A stretch of DNA of 47,394 nucleotides from a virus. Of this stretch, positions 1 through 6,049 are shown piece by piece. The position numbers and the translations under genes were made by a program. Below the pieces are notes generated by a model. The model did no database searches. It saw only the letters and a program-made list of their open reading frames with translations, and was not told where the DNA came from. How positions within the stretch are numbered: the stretch's first letter is position 1; every line of letters begins with the position of its first letter. Where the stretch lies: the IMG/VR virus record IMGVR_UViG_3300006149_000353. One strand, written 5' to 3'.

Positions 1-264
1 CCAAGCGTTGCCGCATACCCGCGCGTTGTCGTATACCCAAGCGTTGTCGTATACCCAAGCGTCGCCGTATACCCGCGCGTCGCCGTATACCCGCGCGTTG
101 TCGTATACCCAAGCGTCGCCGAATACCCGCGCGTTGCCGTATACCCGCGCGTCGCCGCATACCCGCGCGTTGTCGTATACCCAAGCGTTGTCGTATACCC
201 AAGCGTTGCCGAATACCCGCGCGTCGCCGAATACCCAAGCGTCGCCGAATACCCAAGCGTCGCC
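1..264. repeat. 18-bp tandem coding repeat array (left end of the array that also occupies 47259-47394)
   Basis: Unit GCGTTGTCGTATACCCAA and close variants are repeated head to tail about 14.5 times. The period is a multiple of 3 and lies inside the minus-strand ORF. Confidence 0.9.
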
Positions 265-423
265 TTCCTGCGGAAGGTTGTCTTCCTTCTCAATCCAGCC
301 GCCTAAATCTCCAGCTTTTGTAATGATATATTCGCCAACAACAATATCGCGCAGCGCGCGGATACGGTGCAGGACATGTTCGCCGCAATTCCTCGTTTCG
401 CTTGTCAGTTCGTACTTATTCAT
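1..423 (-). CDS. Hexapeptide-repeat protein, N-terminal part (continues across the circular junction into 47017-47394)
   Basis: ATG at 423 gives MNKYELTSETRNCGEHVLHRIRALRDIVVGEYIITKAGDLGGWIEKEDNLPQEG, followed by in-frame repeats of [GD][DN]A[WR]V[YFC]. It runs off the window edge, so it is absent from the ORF track. Confidence 0.7.
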   Translation of the reverse strand, partial: MNKYELTSETRNCGEHVLHRIRALRDIVVGEYIITKAGDLGGWIEKEDNLPQEGDAWVFGDAWVFGDARVFGNAWVYDNAWVYDNARVCGDARVYGNARVFGDAWVYDNARVYGDARVYGDAWVYDNAWVYDNARVCGNAW

Positions 424-451
424 TTGATTCGCAACCTTTCCGCCGTGCGAT

Positions 452-685
452 TCACACGGGCCTTTTCTTGTTCGGGTAGACCGCCTCGCCAAAGCCCAGG
501 GCGTGGCTTTCCGGAGCCATGCCGGGGGTGATGCGGCGGCGTCCGGCGGGGCAGGGCTCCTCGTCCCTGTTCCGACGTCTGGCGATCCACGCCCGGAGCC
601 TGTCCATGGGCGTCTGCTTGCAGTCCCGGGCCGTGGCGGCCATGTAGTGCCGCCCGTAGTGTCCTCCCTGCTCGATCATTGACAA
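452..685 (-). CDS. Hypothetical small basic protein (77 aa)
   Basis: ORF with AGGAGGG 8 nt upstream of the ATG at 685. Co-directional with the early operon. Confidence 0.5.
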   Translation of the reverse strand: MSMIEQGGHYGRHYMAATARDCKQTPMDRLRAWIARRRNRDEEPCPAGRRRITPGMAPESHALGFGEAVYPNKKRPV

Positions 686-769
686 ATCCCTCCTGTTCGG
701 TTATAATAGTAACGAATTTTTCCTTTTGCTCCTGAGACGTTGATGCTGGCAGGCGTCAGCGTCTCTTTT

Positions 770-1009
770 TCATACGTCCTCCCCCATACAGGCCAGGGGG
801 CCTTCATAGCCAAGGGCCCGGAGGAAGGCCGCGCGCGGGGCGTAGGCTCGGGGATTCTTCTTGCCCCTGGACATGAGCCGGACGCCCATGTAGGGCTTCT
901 TTTCCTTGGCCATGATGTTGATGGCGTATCGGTCACCCCCGGCAAGCTCGTGCATCTCGCGGGTCCCGATCAGCGCGCTGGGGTTCATGGCGGCTTCTCG
1001 TAGAGTCAT
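770..1009 (-). CDS. Hypothetical protein (79 aa)
   Basis: GAAAGGAGA Shine-Dalgarno (SD) before the ATG at 1009. ATGA start/stop overlap with the upstream gene. Confidence 0.55.
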   Translation of the reverse strand: MTLREAAMNPSALIGTREMHELAGGDRYAINIMAKEKKPYMGVRLMSRGKKNPRAYAPRAAFLRALGYEGPLACMGEDV

Positions 1010-1221
1010 GGTTCGTCTCCTTTCTCATAGTGTGTGCACAGGTCATGGGGCAAGCGCTGCTTGACGCGGGGATAGGAGCAGTGGCCATAACAGGTGGGCA
1101 AATACCCGCCGCGGTACTGGTCGCCCTTGACGTAGTGCTGGATGTAGTGCGCACAGGTGGCGCACATGGGTACGGTCCTGTCGTGGTAGACCAGGGCAAG
1201 GTAGCGGTCGTGGTCGGTCAT
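1006..1221 (-). CDS. Small Cys/His-rich protein (71 aa), first gene of the early operon
   Basis: Internal start MTDHDRY at 1221 is preceded by GAAGGAGG. Cys pairs (CATCAHY ... CYGHC) suggest a zinc-binding fold. The longer track ORF (to 1398) would overlap the promoter. Confidence 0.55.
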   Translation of the reverse strand: MTDHDRYLALVYHDRTVPMCATCAHYIQHYVKGDQYRGGYLPTCYGHCSYPRVKQRLPHDLCTHYEKGDEP

Positions 1222-1242
1222 GGTCGGGCCTCCTTCATGGAT

Positions 1243-1261
1243 TACATACATATTGTATGTA
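1243..1261. promoter_or_regulatory. Operator-like perfect palindrome TACATACA-TAT-TGTATGTA
   Basis: 19-bp palindrome between the -10 box of the early promoter and the first early gene. A TGTATGTA half-site recurs at 1290-1297 inside the promoter spacer. Confidence 0.5.
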
Positions 1262-1275
1262 TCCTTGCAAGCTGC

Positions 1276-1304
1276 ATTATAGTACAATCTGTATGTAATG
1301 TCAA
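1276..1304 (-). promoter_or_regulatory. Consensus sigma-A promoter for the early (minus-strand) operon
   Basis: On the minus strand: TTGACA (1304-1299), 17-nt spacer, TATAAT (1281-1276). Confidence 0.6.
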
Positions 1305-1546
1305 TAGGAGGCGGAAAATTTTTGATCAATGCAAGGCTTCGGGAAGAAAGGATTAAGCACAAACTTACCCAACAGGCTATGGCTGATAATCTTGGCATCT
1401 CGCTGAACGGCTATCAAAAGTATGAGCAAGCCGAGCGTCAACCTTCCCTTGATTGCTTGGTGAGGATAGCGGATATCCTCGACGTATCTACTGACTATCT
1501 CCTTGGCCGGGATGATTTTCTCGCAAGATACGCTGATGGACATTGA
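1298..1546 (+). CDS. XRE-family HTH transcriptional regulator (Cro/CI-type)
   Basis: Motif LREERIKHKLTQQAMADNLGISLNGYQKYEQAERQPSLDCLVRIADILDVSTDYLLGR. Alternative TTG start at 1322, 10 nt after AGGAGG (1306-1311). Confidence 0.8.
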   Translation: MSIGGGKFLINARLREERIKHKLTQQAMADNLGISLNGYQKYEQAERQPSLDCLVRIADILDVSTDYLLGRDDFLARYADGH

Positions 1547-1700
1547 ACATATCTTCAAGCCTGTCCCACATACTGCATCTGCCAACCCGCTCACCAGATT
1601 CTATCTTCTGGTAATACACAAGCGTTACGCCTATTTCATCCGCCACCTGCTGCTGGGTCATACCTGCGGCCTGGCGGGCCTGTTTGAGCTTCTCCCGCAT
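1488..1700 (-). CDS. XRE-family HTH protein (70 aa)
   Basis: Motif LKQARQAAGMTQQQVADEIGVTLVYYQKIESGER. GAAAGGAGG before the ATG. The 3' end overlaps the convergent gene 1298-1546 by 59 bp. Confidence 0.7.
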   Translation of the reverse strand: MREKLKQARQAAGMTQQQVADEIGVTLVYYQKIESGERVGRCSMWDRLEDMFNVHQRILRENHPGQGDSQ

Positions 1701-1702
1701 GG

Positions 1703-2143
1703 CTACCTCCTTTCCAACTGCGTCAGCACCTCGGTGAGGGAGGCCTGGGCTTCGTGGATTTCATGGACATATTTGCGTTTCCCGGCCTCATCGTCCAGGC
1801 GGCCGTCCAGGGCGTCGCGCTCGATCAGGTCCTGCATGGCGAGGACGTCGGCCAGCTGATGGCGGGCGTTGAGCACGGCCACGGGGAGAGCCAGGTTTGG
1901 GGCCTCTTCCGGGTAATGCTCCCGGTAGCTGTCATGGTTGGAGCGCATCCAGCGGTGCCACAGGCCGCGGCAGTTGTAGAGCTTCTCCATGCGCCACACG
2001 TCCTCCGGGGTTGGCTTGGTTTCGCCTGATTCCCAGCGCTTGACGGTGCTTTCGCTGGCGCCCAGGTCACTTGCGGCATGCCACTGGGTCAGCCCGGCGG
2101 CTTCCCGGGCCTTGCGCAGGTCCTGGTGGGTACATTCCGGCAT
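1703..2143 (-). CDS. HTH (XRE-like) protein with C-terminal helical domain (146 aa)
   Basis: Motif LRKAREAAGLTQWHAASDLGASESTVKRWESGETKP. AAGGAGG SD before the ATG. Confidence 0.75.
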   Translation of the reverse strand: MPECTHQDLRKAREAAGLTQWHAASDLGASESTVKRWESGETKPTPEDVWRMEKLYNCRGLWHRWMRSNHDSYREHYPEEAPNLALPVAVLNARHQLADVLAMQDLIERDALDGRLDDEAGKRKYVHEIHEAQASLTEVLTQLERR

Positions 2144-2188
2144 GTTGATCGCCTCCTTGGTGTGGTAGAATCAGAGCGACGGGGGATG

Positions 2189-2350
2189 TCAGGGGGTGGT
2201 GGCGTCGCGGGATTGGAGGGCCTGGCGGATGATGTAGACCATTTGCTGGTTAACACTTCGTCCTTCGCTCTTTGCCGCTTTCAAGAGGAGATCGTAGAGC
2301 GAGAAGTCCATCCTGATGGCCGTTGCCTTGATTTGGTCCTTGTCTGCCAT
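2189..2350 (-). CDS. Ribbon-helix-helix (Arc/CopG-like) DNA-binding protein
   Basis: Start MADKDQ at 2350 after GAAAGGAGA. IKATAIRMDFSLYDLLLKAAKSEGRSVNQQMVYIIRQAL fits a beta-strand plus two-helix RHH pattern. Confidence 0.65.
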   Translation of the reverse strand: MADKDQIKATAIRMDFSLYDLLLKAAKSEGRSVNQQMVYIIRQALQSRDATTP

Positions 2351-2369
2351 TAGATTCTCCTTTCCATCA

Positions 2370-2413
2370 GGTGTTAACACCTTGATTATACCATGGTGTT
2401 AACACCGTGTCAA
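2370..2413 (-). promoter_or_regulatory. Consensus promoter with twin GGTGTTAACACC operators
   Basis: Minus strand: TTGACA (2413-2408), 17 nt, TATAAT (2390-2385). The perfect 12-bp palindrome GGTGTTAACACC occurs twice: 2395-2406 in the spacer and 2370-2381 just downstream of the -10 box. Confidence 0.65.
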
Positions 2414-2519
2414 TACTTTGTTAATAGCTTTTTCTGTTTTCACGGTGCTATCATAGTGAAAACATAGTATAAAGGGGGTGATATACTTGCCATCGCTCAT
2501 CCCATTAAGGGGAGTCAGG

Positions 2520-2675
2520 ATGTCAGATGACCTATACCTCAAACTTCGTTTCATTGCGGAGAGGGAAAACCGCTCTTTTAACCAGGAAGCGGTTTTTATC
2601 CTCCGAAGGTTCGTTGATGAGTACGAGTCTGAAAACGGCGTTATCCCCGTTGACACCGACAGCATGTACGAGTGA
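2520..2675 (+). CDS. Ribbon-helix-helix protein (51 aa), paralogue 1
   Basis: MSDDLYLKLRFIAERENRSFNQEAVFILRRFVDEYESENGVI. GGGGAG SD before the ATG at 2520. Confidence 0.65.
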   Translation: MSDDLYLKLRFIAERENRSFNQEAVFILRRFVDEYESENGVIPVDTDSMYE

Positions 2676-2695
2676 ACGCGAAAGGGAGGAAAGCA

Positions 2696-2881
2696 ATGCC
2701 TTCTGTTATGCCAAAGTTTACATTGCGAACGGATCGGGAAACATTGGAAAAGTTTCGATACATTGCAGACAACAACTTCCGAACCGTCAACAAAGAGCTT
2801 GAGATGCTTATGCTTAGGCACATTGCCGACTACGAACGCGAGCACGGGCCGATCAAGGTGATGGAGGATGAGAATGGATGA
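2696..2881 (+). CDS. Ribbon-helix-helix protein (61 aa), paralogue 2
   Basis: MPSVMPKFTLRTDRETLEKFRYIADNNFRTVNKELEMLMLRHIADYEREHGPI has the same pattern as the preceding gene. GGGAGG SD. Confidence 0.65.
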   Translation: MPSVMPKFTLRTDRETLEKFRYIADNNFRTVNKELEMLMLRHIADYEREHGPIKVMEDENG

Positions 2882-3314
2882 CCTGGAGTATCGCTTCCTA
2901 ATCCGCTTCGGAACTGGAACCGTAATGTTCCGAAGAGACTTCGACATCCTTCCTACGTCCGAGAAGACCGTGGCATATCAGCTGGAGCGCAAGGGGCTGC
3001 TGACCTTTCAAAAGATCAAAGACCTTGACGGGAACACTGTTGACGGAATCATCCTTGAACCTTCCGGGCGCGTAGCCTTAGCCAAGGCCGCTCTTGATCG
3101 ACAGAAGAAGCATGATGAGGATGCCAGAGCAGAAAAGCAGCGCGAGGAAGATAAAAAGCAGGCCGACATAGATCGAAAGAAGCAGCTCAGGCACGACTGG
3201 GGGATAGCCCTTTTCTCCAGCTTCACCGGCCTCATAGGCGGCGCGATACTTGACCACTTCACTGATATAGTAGAGCTCTGTGTAAGGCTTTGGGGACTTG
3301 TGTTTCCGCATTGA
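2874..3314 (+). CDS. Hypothetical protein: N-terminal globular domain, charged coiled coil, C-terminal transmembrane (TM) helix
   Basis: Start MDDLEY after GGAGGATGAGA. Contains the KKHDEDARAEKQREEDKKQADIDRKKQ stretch, then the hydrophobic IALFSSFTGLIGGAIL. Confidence 0.65.
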   Translation: MDDLEYRFLIRFGTGTVMFRRDFDILPTSEKTVAYQLERKGLLTFQKIKDLDGNTVDGIILEPSGRVALAKAALDRQKKHDEDARAEKQREEDKKQADIDRKKQLRHDWGIALFSSFTGLIGGAILDHFTDIVELCVRLWGLVFPH

Positions 3315-3334
3315 GATACCTCCTTATCTGTCCG

Positions 3335-3604
3335 TCATCTTTTACGTGTCCCTGGATTACTTGGTCGGGCGGTCAGATGATCCGGCGCGGCGGTAGCCTC
3401 GTCCTCTCTGAAGAACTCCGTCCAGGGGATGCCCAGAACTTCGGACAGGCGCTTGGCCGTGGTGACGGAGGGGCGGCGCTGGCCGGTTTCGATGTACCTA
3501 TATCCTTGGTAACTGAGACCGGCACGTTTCGCCGTCTGCGTTATCGTAAGCCCCTTGCCCTCTCGAACCTTTTGGATGTACAAAATCGTTGTCATCACCT
3601 CCAT
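3335..3604 (-). CDS. XRE-family HTH regulator (switch partner; start 3604 or 3595)
   Basis: Motif IQKVREGKGLTITQTAKRAGLSYQGYRYIETGQRRPSVTTAKRLSEVLGI. It sits 19 nt downstream of a consensus promoter, so the leader is very short. Confidence 0.75.
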   Translation of the reverse strand: MEVMTTILYIQKVREGKGLTITQTAKRAGLSYQGYRYIETGQRRPSVTTAKRLSEVLGIPWTEFFREDEATAAPDHLTARPSNPGTRKR

Positions 3605-3611
3605 CAACGTT

Positions 3612-3662
3612 TTGTTATACCTATTATATAACAATGCGTTTAACTTGTCAACATATTGTTGA
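3612..3662 (-). promoter_or_regulatory. Consensus promoter (TTGACA-17-TATAAT) overlapped by two palindromic operators
   Basis: Minus strand: -35 at 3651-3646 and -10 at 3628-3623. Palindromes TTGTTATA-N7-TATAACAA (3612-3634) and TCAACATATTGTTGA (3648-3662). Confidence 0.6.
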
Positions 3663-3672
3663 AAATATTTTC

Positions 3673-3701
3673 TTGCACGCATAAACAGGCTGTTGTAAAA
3701 T
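3673..3701 (+). promoter_or_regulatory. Promoter for the plus-strand repressor/moron/integrase unit
   Basis: TTGCAC (3673-3678), 17 nt, TAAAAT (3696-3701). The ATG at 3706 is only 4 nt after the -10 box, so the transcript may be leaderless. An alternative GTG at 3721 follows GGAGGAG. Confidence 0.5.
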
Positions 3702-3705
3702 TGTA

Positions 3706-4074
3706 ATGGAGGAGAATGCAGTGGATAACCGATTCAAAGCAGCCAGAATGCGAAAGGGAATTACTCAGAAGGAAGCCGCTATAACGCTTGGTGTAAGTGT
3801 TCAAGCTGTTTCTTATTGGGAAACAGGCGCAAGAATGCCATCGAAAAAGACCCTTTCAGAACTGGCTGATTTATACGGAGTTACAGTAGATTATCTAATT
3901 GGTCGCGAGGAAGAAAGAGACAAGCAAAAGGCCAAAGAGAGCCTTTCCCGTCAATTCGGCCGGGAGCAAGAGCCGCTCATCGAAAATATGCTTGACCGGC
4001 TGGAACGGCTGACCCCTGAGCAGCTCGACCAGCTTGAAAGATATATAAGGTTTTTGGAACAGGAAGGGAAATAA
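3706..4074 (+). CDS. XRE-family HTH repressor-like protein with C-terminal helical extension (122 aa)
   Basis: Motif FKAARMRKGITQKEAAITLGVSVQAVSYWETGARMPSKKTLSELADLYGVTVDYLIGR. Same orientation as the integrase. Confidence 0.8.
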   Translation: MEENAVDNRFKAARMRKGITQKEAAITLGVSVQAVSYWETGARMPSKKTLSELADLYGVTVDYLIGREEERDKQKAKESLSRQFGREQEPLIENMLDRLERLTPEQLDQLERYIRFLEQEGK

Positions 4075-4090
4075 AAGGAGGTACTTTGAG

Positions 4091-5644
4091 ATGAAACGGG
4101 TATGGGCGGGTTTACTTTCAGCCGTTACAATAGTCTTTTGTTCGCTCGCGAATGCAGAAGTAAAGTCATCCATCCAGACAACTTTGAAAAACCTCTTTAC
4201 CATCAATGACGTGATGACAACCGTTGAATATTCAGACGATATGGAGGCTTATGCCGTTACGCTTCAAATAGATATACCCTATCAAGATGTTGAAAAAAAT
4301 AAGGATCAATGGGCTAAATTAAAGCAGAACGCTGAGGAAATGCTCATATCTGCAAGAGACTTTTTGTCCTTTTCGAATGAGCAAATTCCTGATATCTATT
4401 TAATGCTTGATTTTGCAGGAGAGAAAGAAGAAGGAGCAACTTTTGAGTATGAAATTTTAAGCACTGAAGACGGTATAGAAATTGTGTTTGATTGCTTGTC
4501 GGGAAAAGATTTGGAGAAGGATTCCGATGAAGAGGGCGGGATTGCCGCCTTTGAAAATTTGGCCTACGAAGTTTTAATTAAAAAAACGCTGACGCTTAAT
4601 CCGATTCTTCAAGAAATAGAAGGCGATGTTTCTTATTCGTGGTATTCATCCAACGAAGATGTTGCAACTGTATCAAAAGGGAAAGTTAAAGGTATTTCAG
4701 AGGGAACTTGTAAAATCACATGCGAGGTCACTGCACAGAATGGAAAGATTTATACGGCGGTTTGTGATGTTGATGTTTTGATACCTCTATCTTCCATCAA
4801 GTCAGATAAAACGAGCATTACTCTCCCGGCGCGTGGTGCAAGAGAATATACACCCATCCTGTCATTTTCGCCCGAAAATGCAACGCGAAAGAGCGTTACA
4901 TGGGAATCGTCAGATGATGGCGTCGCTTATGTTAATGAAGATGGTAATATTGTAGGAGGTTATTTCGCAGGGAATTGTACCATCACAGGAACAGCAAATG
5001 ACGGATCAGGTAAAAAGGTGAAAATCAAAGTTAAAGTCCCGGCGTGTTACATTGATATGGACAAAATCGAAGTAACAGAGGAGGAAGGGTTAGACGTTCC
5101 GATGGTGTTCGCGAATGGATATAGAATTGAAAATGGGCGTACCGCGCCAATTGTTCCTGATGTATATACGAAAAGCAAAAATTTCTCAGTCTCAACCGGC
5201 TATTATTTCAGCAACGCAGGAAGCGGGTGGGATAATGTTAGCATAATTCCTATTAAAGCGGGAAACGGGGATTTGATAATTGAAACAAATCCGTTTATGA
5301 GCAGGACAACAAAAACAGTCACCATAAAGAGCTCTGCCATTAGAAGCAAAAAAACATACCCGCCGATGGATATTGATCAGTTTTGTTCAGCGCCGGATCA
5401 GCACATCGGGGAAAAGGTTAGCATAAAGGGAAGTGCTCTAAATATACAGGACAACGGATTGACTCTCGCGTGTGATACGGACAAGACAAAGCATTACTTT
5501 TTCATAGATTCTGATGGATTTAATTTGAAGAATGAAGATGTGTATACATTCTATGGAATAGTTGACTCTTTTTCCACCTATGAAACGGAAACAGGGCTGA
5601 AATATGTGTGTCCTGTTTTGACGAAGGTTACCGTCGATAAGTAA
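4091..5644 (+). CDS. Secreted protein with bacterial Ig-like (Big_2) domains; moron
   Basis: Signal peptide MKRVWAGLLSAVTIVFCSLANA. Big_2-like segments VATVSKGKVKGISEGTCKITCEVTAQNGKIYTAVCDVDV and VTWESSDDGVAYVNEDGNIVGGYFAGNCTITGTANDGSGKKVKIKVKV. AGGAGG SD. Visibly AT-richer than its surroundings. Confidence 0.85.
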   Translation: MKRVWAGLLSAVTIVFCSLANAEVKSSIQTTLKNLFTINDVMTTVEYSDDMEAYAVTLQIDIPYQDVEKNKDQWAKLKQNAEEMLISARDFLSFSNEQIPDIYLMLDFAGEKEEGATFEYEILSTEDGIEIVFDCLSGKDLEKDSDEEGGIAAFENLAYEVLIKKTLTLNPILQEIEGDVSYSWYSSNEDVATVSKGKVKGISEGTCKITCEVTAQNGKIYTAVCDVDVLIPLSSIKSDKTSITLPARGAREYTPILSFSPENATRKSVTWESSDDGVAYVNEDGNIVGGYFAGNCTITGTANDGSGKKVKIKVKVPACYIDMDKIEVTEEEGLDVPMVFANGYRIENGRTAPIVPDVYTKSKNFSVSTGYYFSNAGSGWDNVSIIPIKAGNGDLIIETNPFMSRTTKTVTIKSSAIRSKKTYPPMDIDQFCSAPDQHIGEKVSIKGSALNIQDNGLTLACDTDKTKHYFFIDSDGFNLKNEDVYTFYGIVDSFSTYETETGLKYVCPVLTKVTVDK

Positions 5645-5683
5645 GGAGGGAGGCCGCTCTTCTGAGCGACCCACCCCCGTGTC

Positions 5684-5791
5684 TTACCGTAGTTTGTCCA
5701 TCCACTGGTCAACAAGCTTGCGCCTTTCATCCGGCAAGCGGATATATGCCGCCGTGATCCGGGTTATCTGCTTCCAACGCTTATTCTTCAT
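5684..5791 (-). CDS. Possible very small basic protein (35 aa)
   Basis: MKNKRWKQITRITAAYIRLPDERRKLVDQWMDKLR after GAAAGGAAC. Short, with no recognisable family. Confidence 0.3.
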   Translation of the reverse strand: MKNKRWKQITRITAAYIRLPDERRKLVDQWMDKLR

Positions 5792-5924
5792 CAGTTGTTC
5801 CTTTCTTTGTCGTTTCCGCGCTGCCGATGGGTCTGTTCCAGCGGGTTGCGTCGTGGTGAAACTTGCGGTCGTGCCAGGTGAGCGGACGAAATGGGACATG
5901 GCGCCGGGTACTTTTCTTGTTCAT
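5781..5924 (-). CDS. Possible small basic protein (47 aa), divergent from int (excisionase position)
   Basis: MNKKSTRRHVPFRPLTWHDRKFHHDATRWNRP... preceded by a strong AAGGAGG 9 nt upstream of the ATG at 5924. Confidence 0.4.
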   Translation of the reverse strand: MNKKSTRRHVPFRPLTWHDRKFHHDATRWNRPIGSAETTKKGTTDEE

Positions 5925-6049
5925 GGTATGGTTGCCTCCTTGTGTAAATTTTGAAAAACCTCGCCAACCATACCACATGATGGAAATAAAATAACAATAA
6001 GCATCAAAGTAATTTTCAAATCGACAGAAATAGAAAAGGACAGCATGTT

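Noticed and set aside
1-264. Possible CRISPR array (regular short repeats at both window ends and at 35204-35489)
   Set aside because: The units are contiguous, with no spacers. Their periods of 18 and 12 nt are multiples of three, and they lie inside long ORFs. They are coding tandem repeats, not CRISPR arrays.
8-427. 139-aa plus-strand ORF (MPHTRALSYTQALSYTQ...) over the 18-bp repeat array
   Set aside because: It is the antisense shadow of the repeat. It has no SD, and its product is a meaningless repeat read-out. The minus-strand frame has a proper start, flanking non-repeat domains and continuity with 47017-47394.
685-770. Hairpin GAGACGTTGATGC-TGGCAG-GCGTCAGCGTCTC as a terminator inside the early operon
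   Set aside because: The T-tract follows the hairpin only on the plus strand, where no gene ends. On the coding (minus) strand there is no U-run. I have left it unannotated as a possible RNA-stability or antisense-terminator element.
1488-2350. RHH/XRE genes as a classical toxin-antitoxin operon
   Set aside because: All three products (RHH, 146-aa HTH, 70-aa HTH) look like DNA-binding proteins. No toxin-like partner (RelE/ParE/MazF/HipA-type) is present.
2399-2947. 182-aa minus-strand ORF across the RHH gene pair
   Set aside because: It would overlap both RHH genes and the promoter/operator region. It has no SD, and its product has no motif. The plus-strand RHH genes have SDs and a paralogous pattern.
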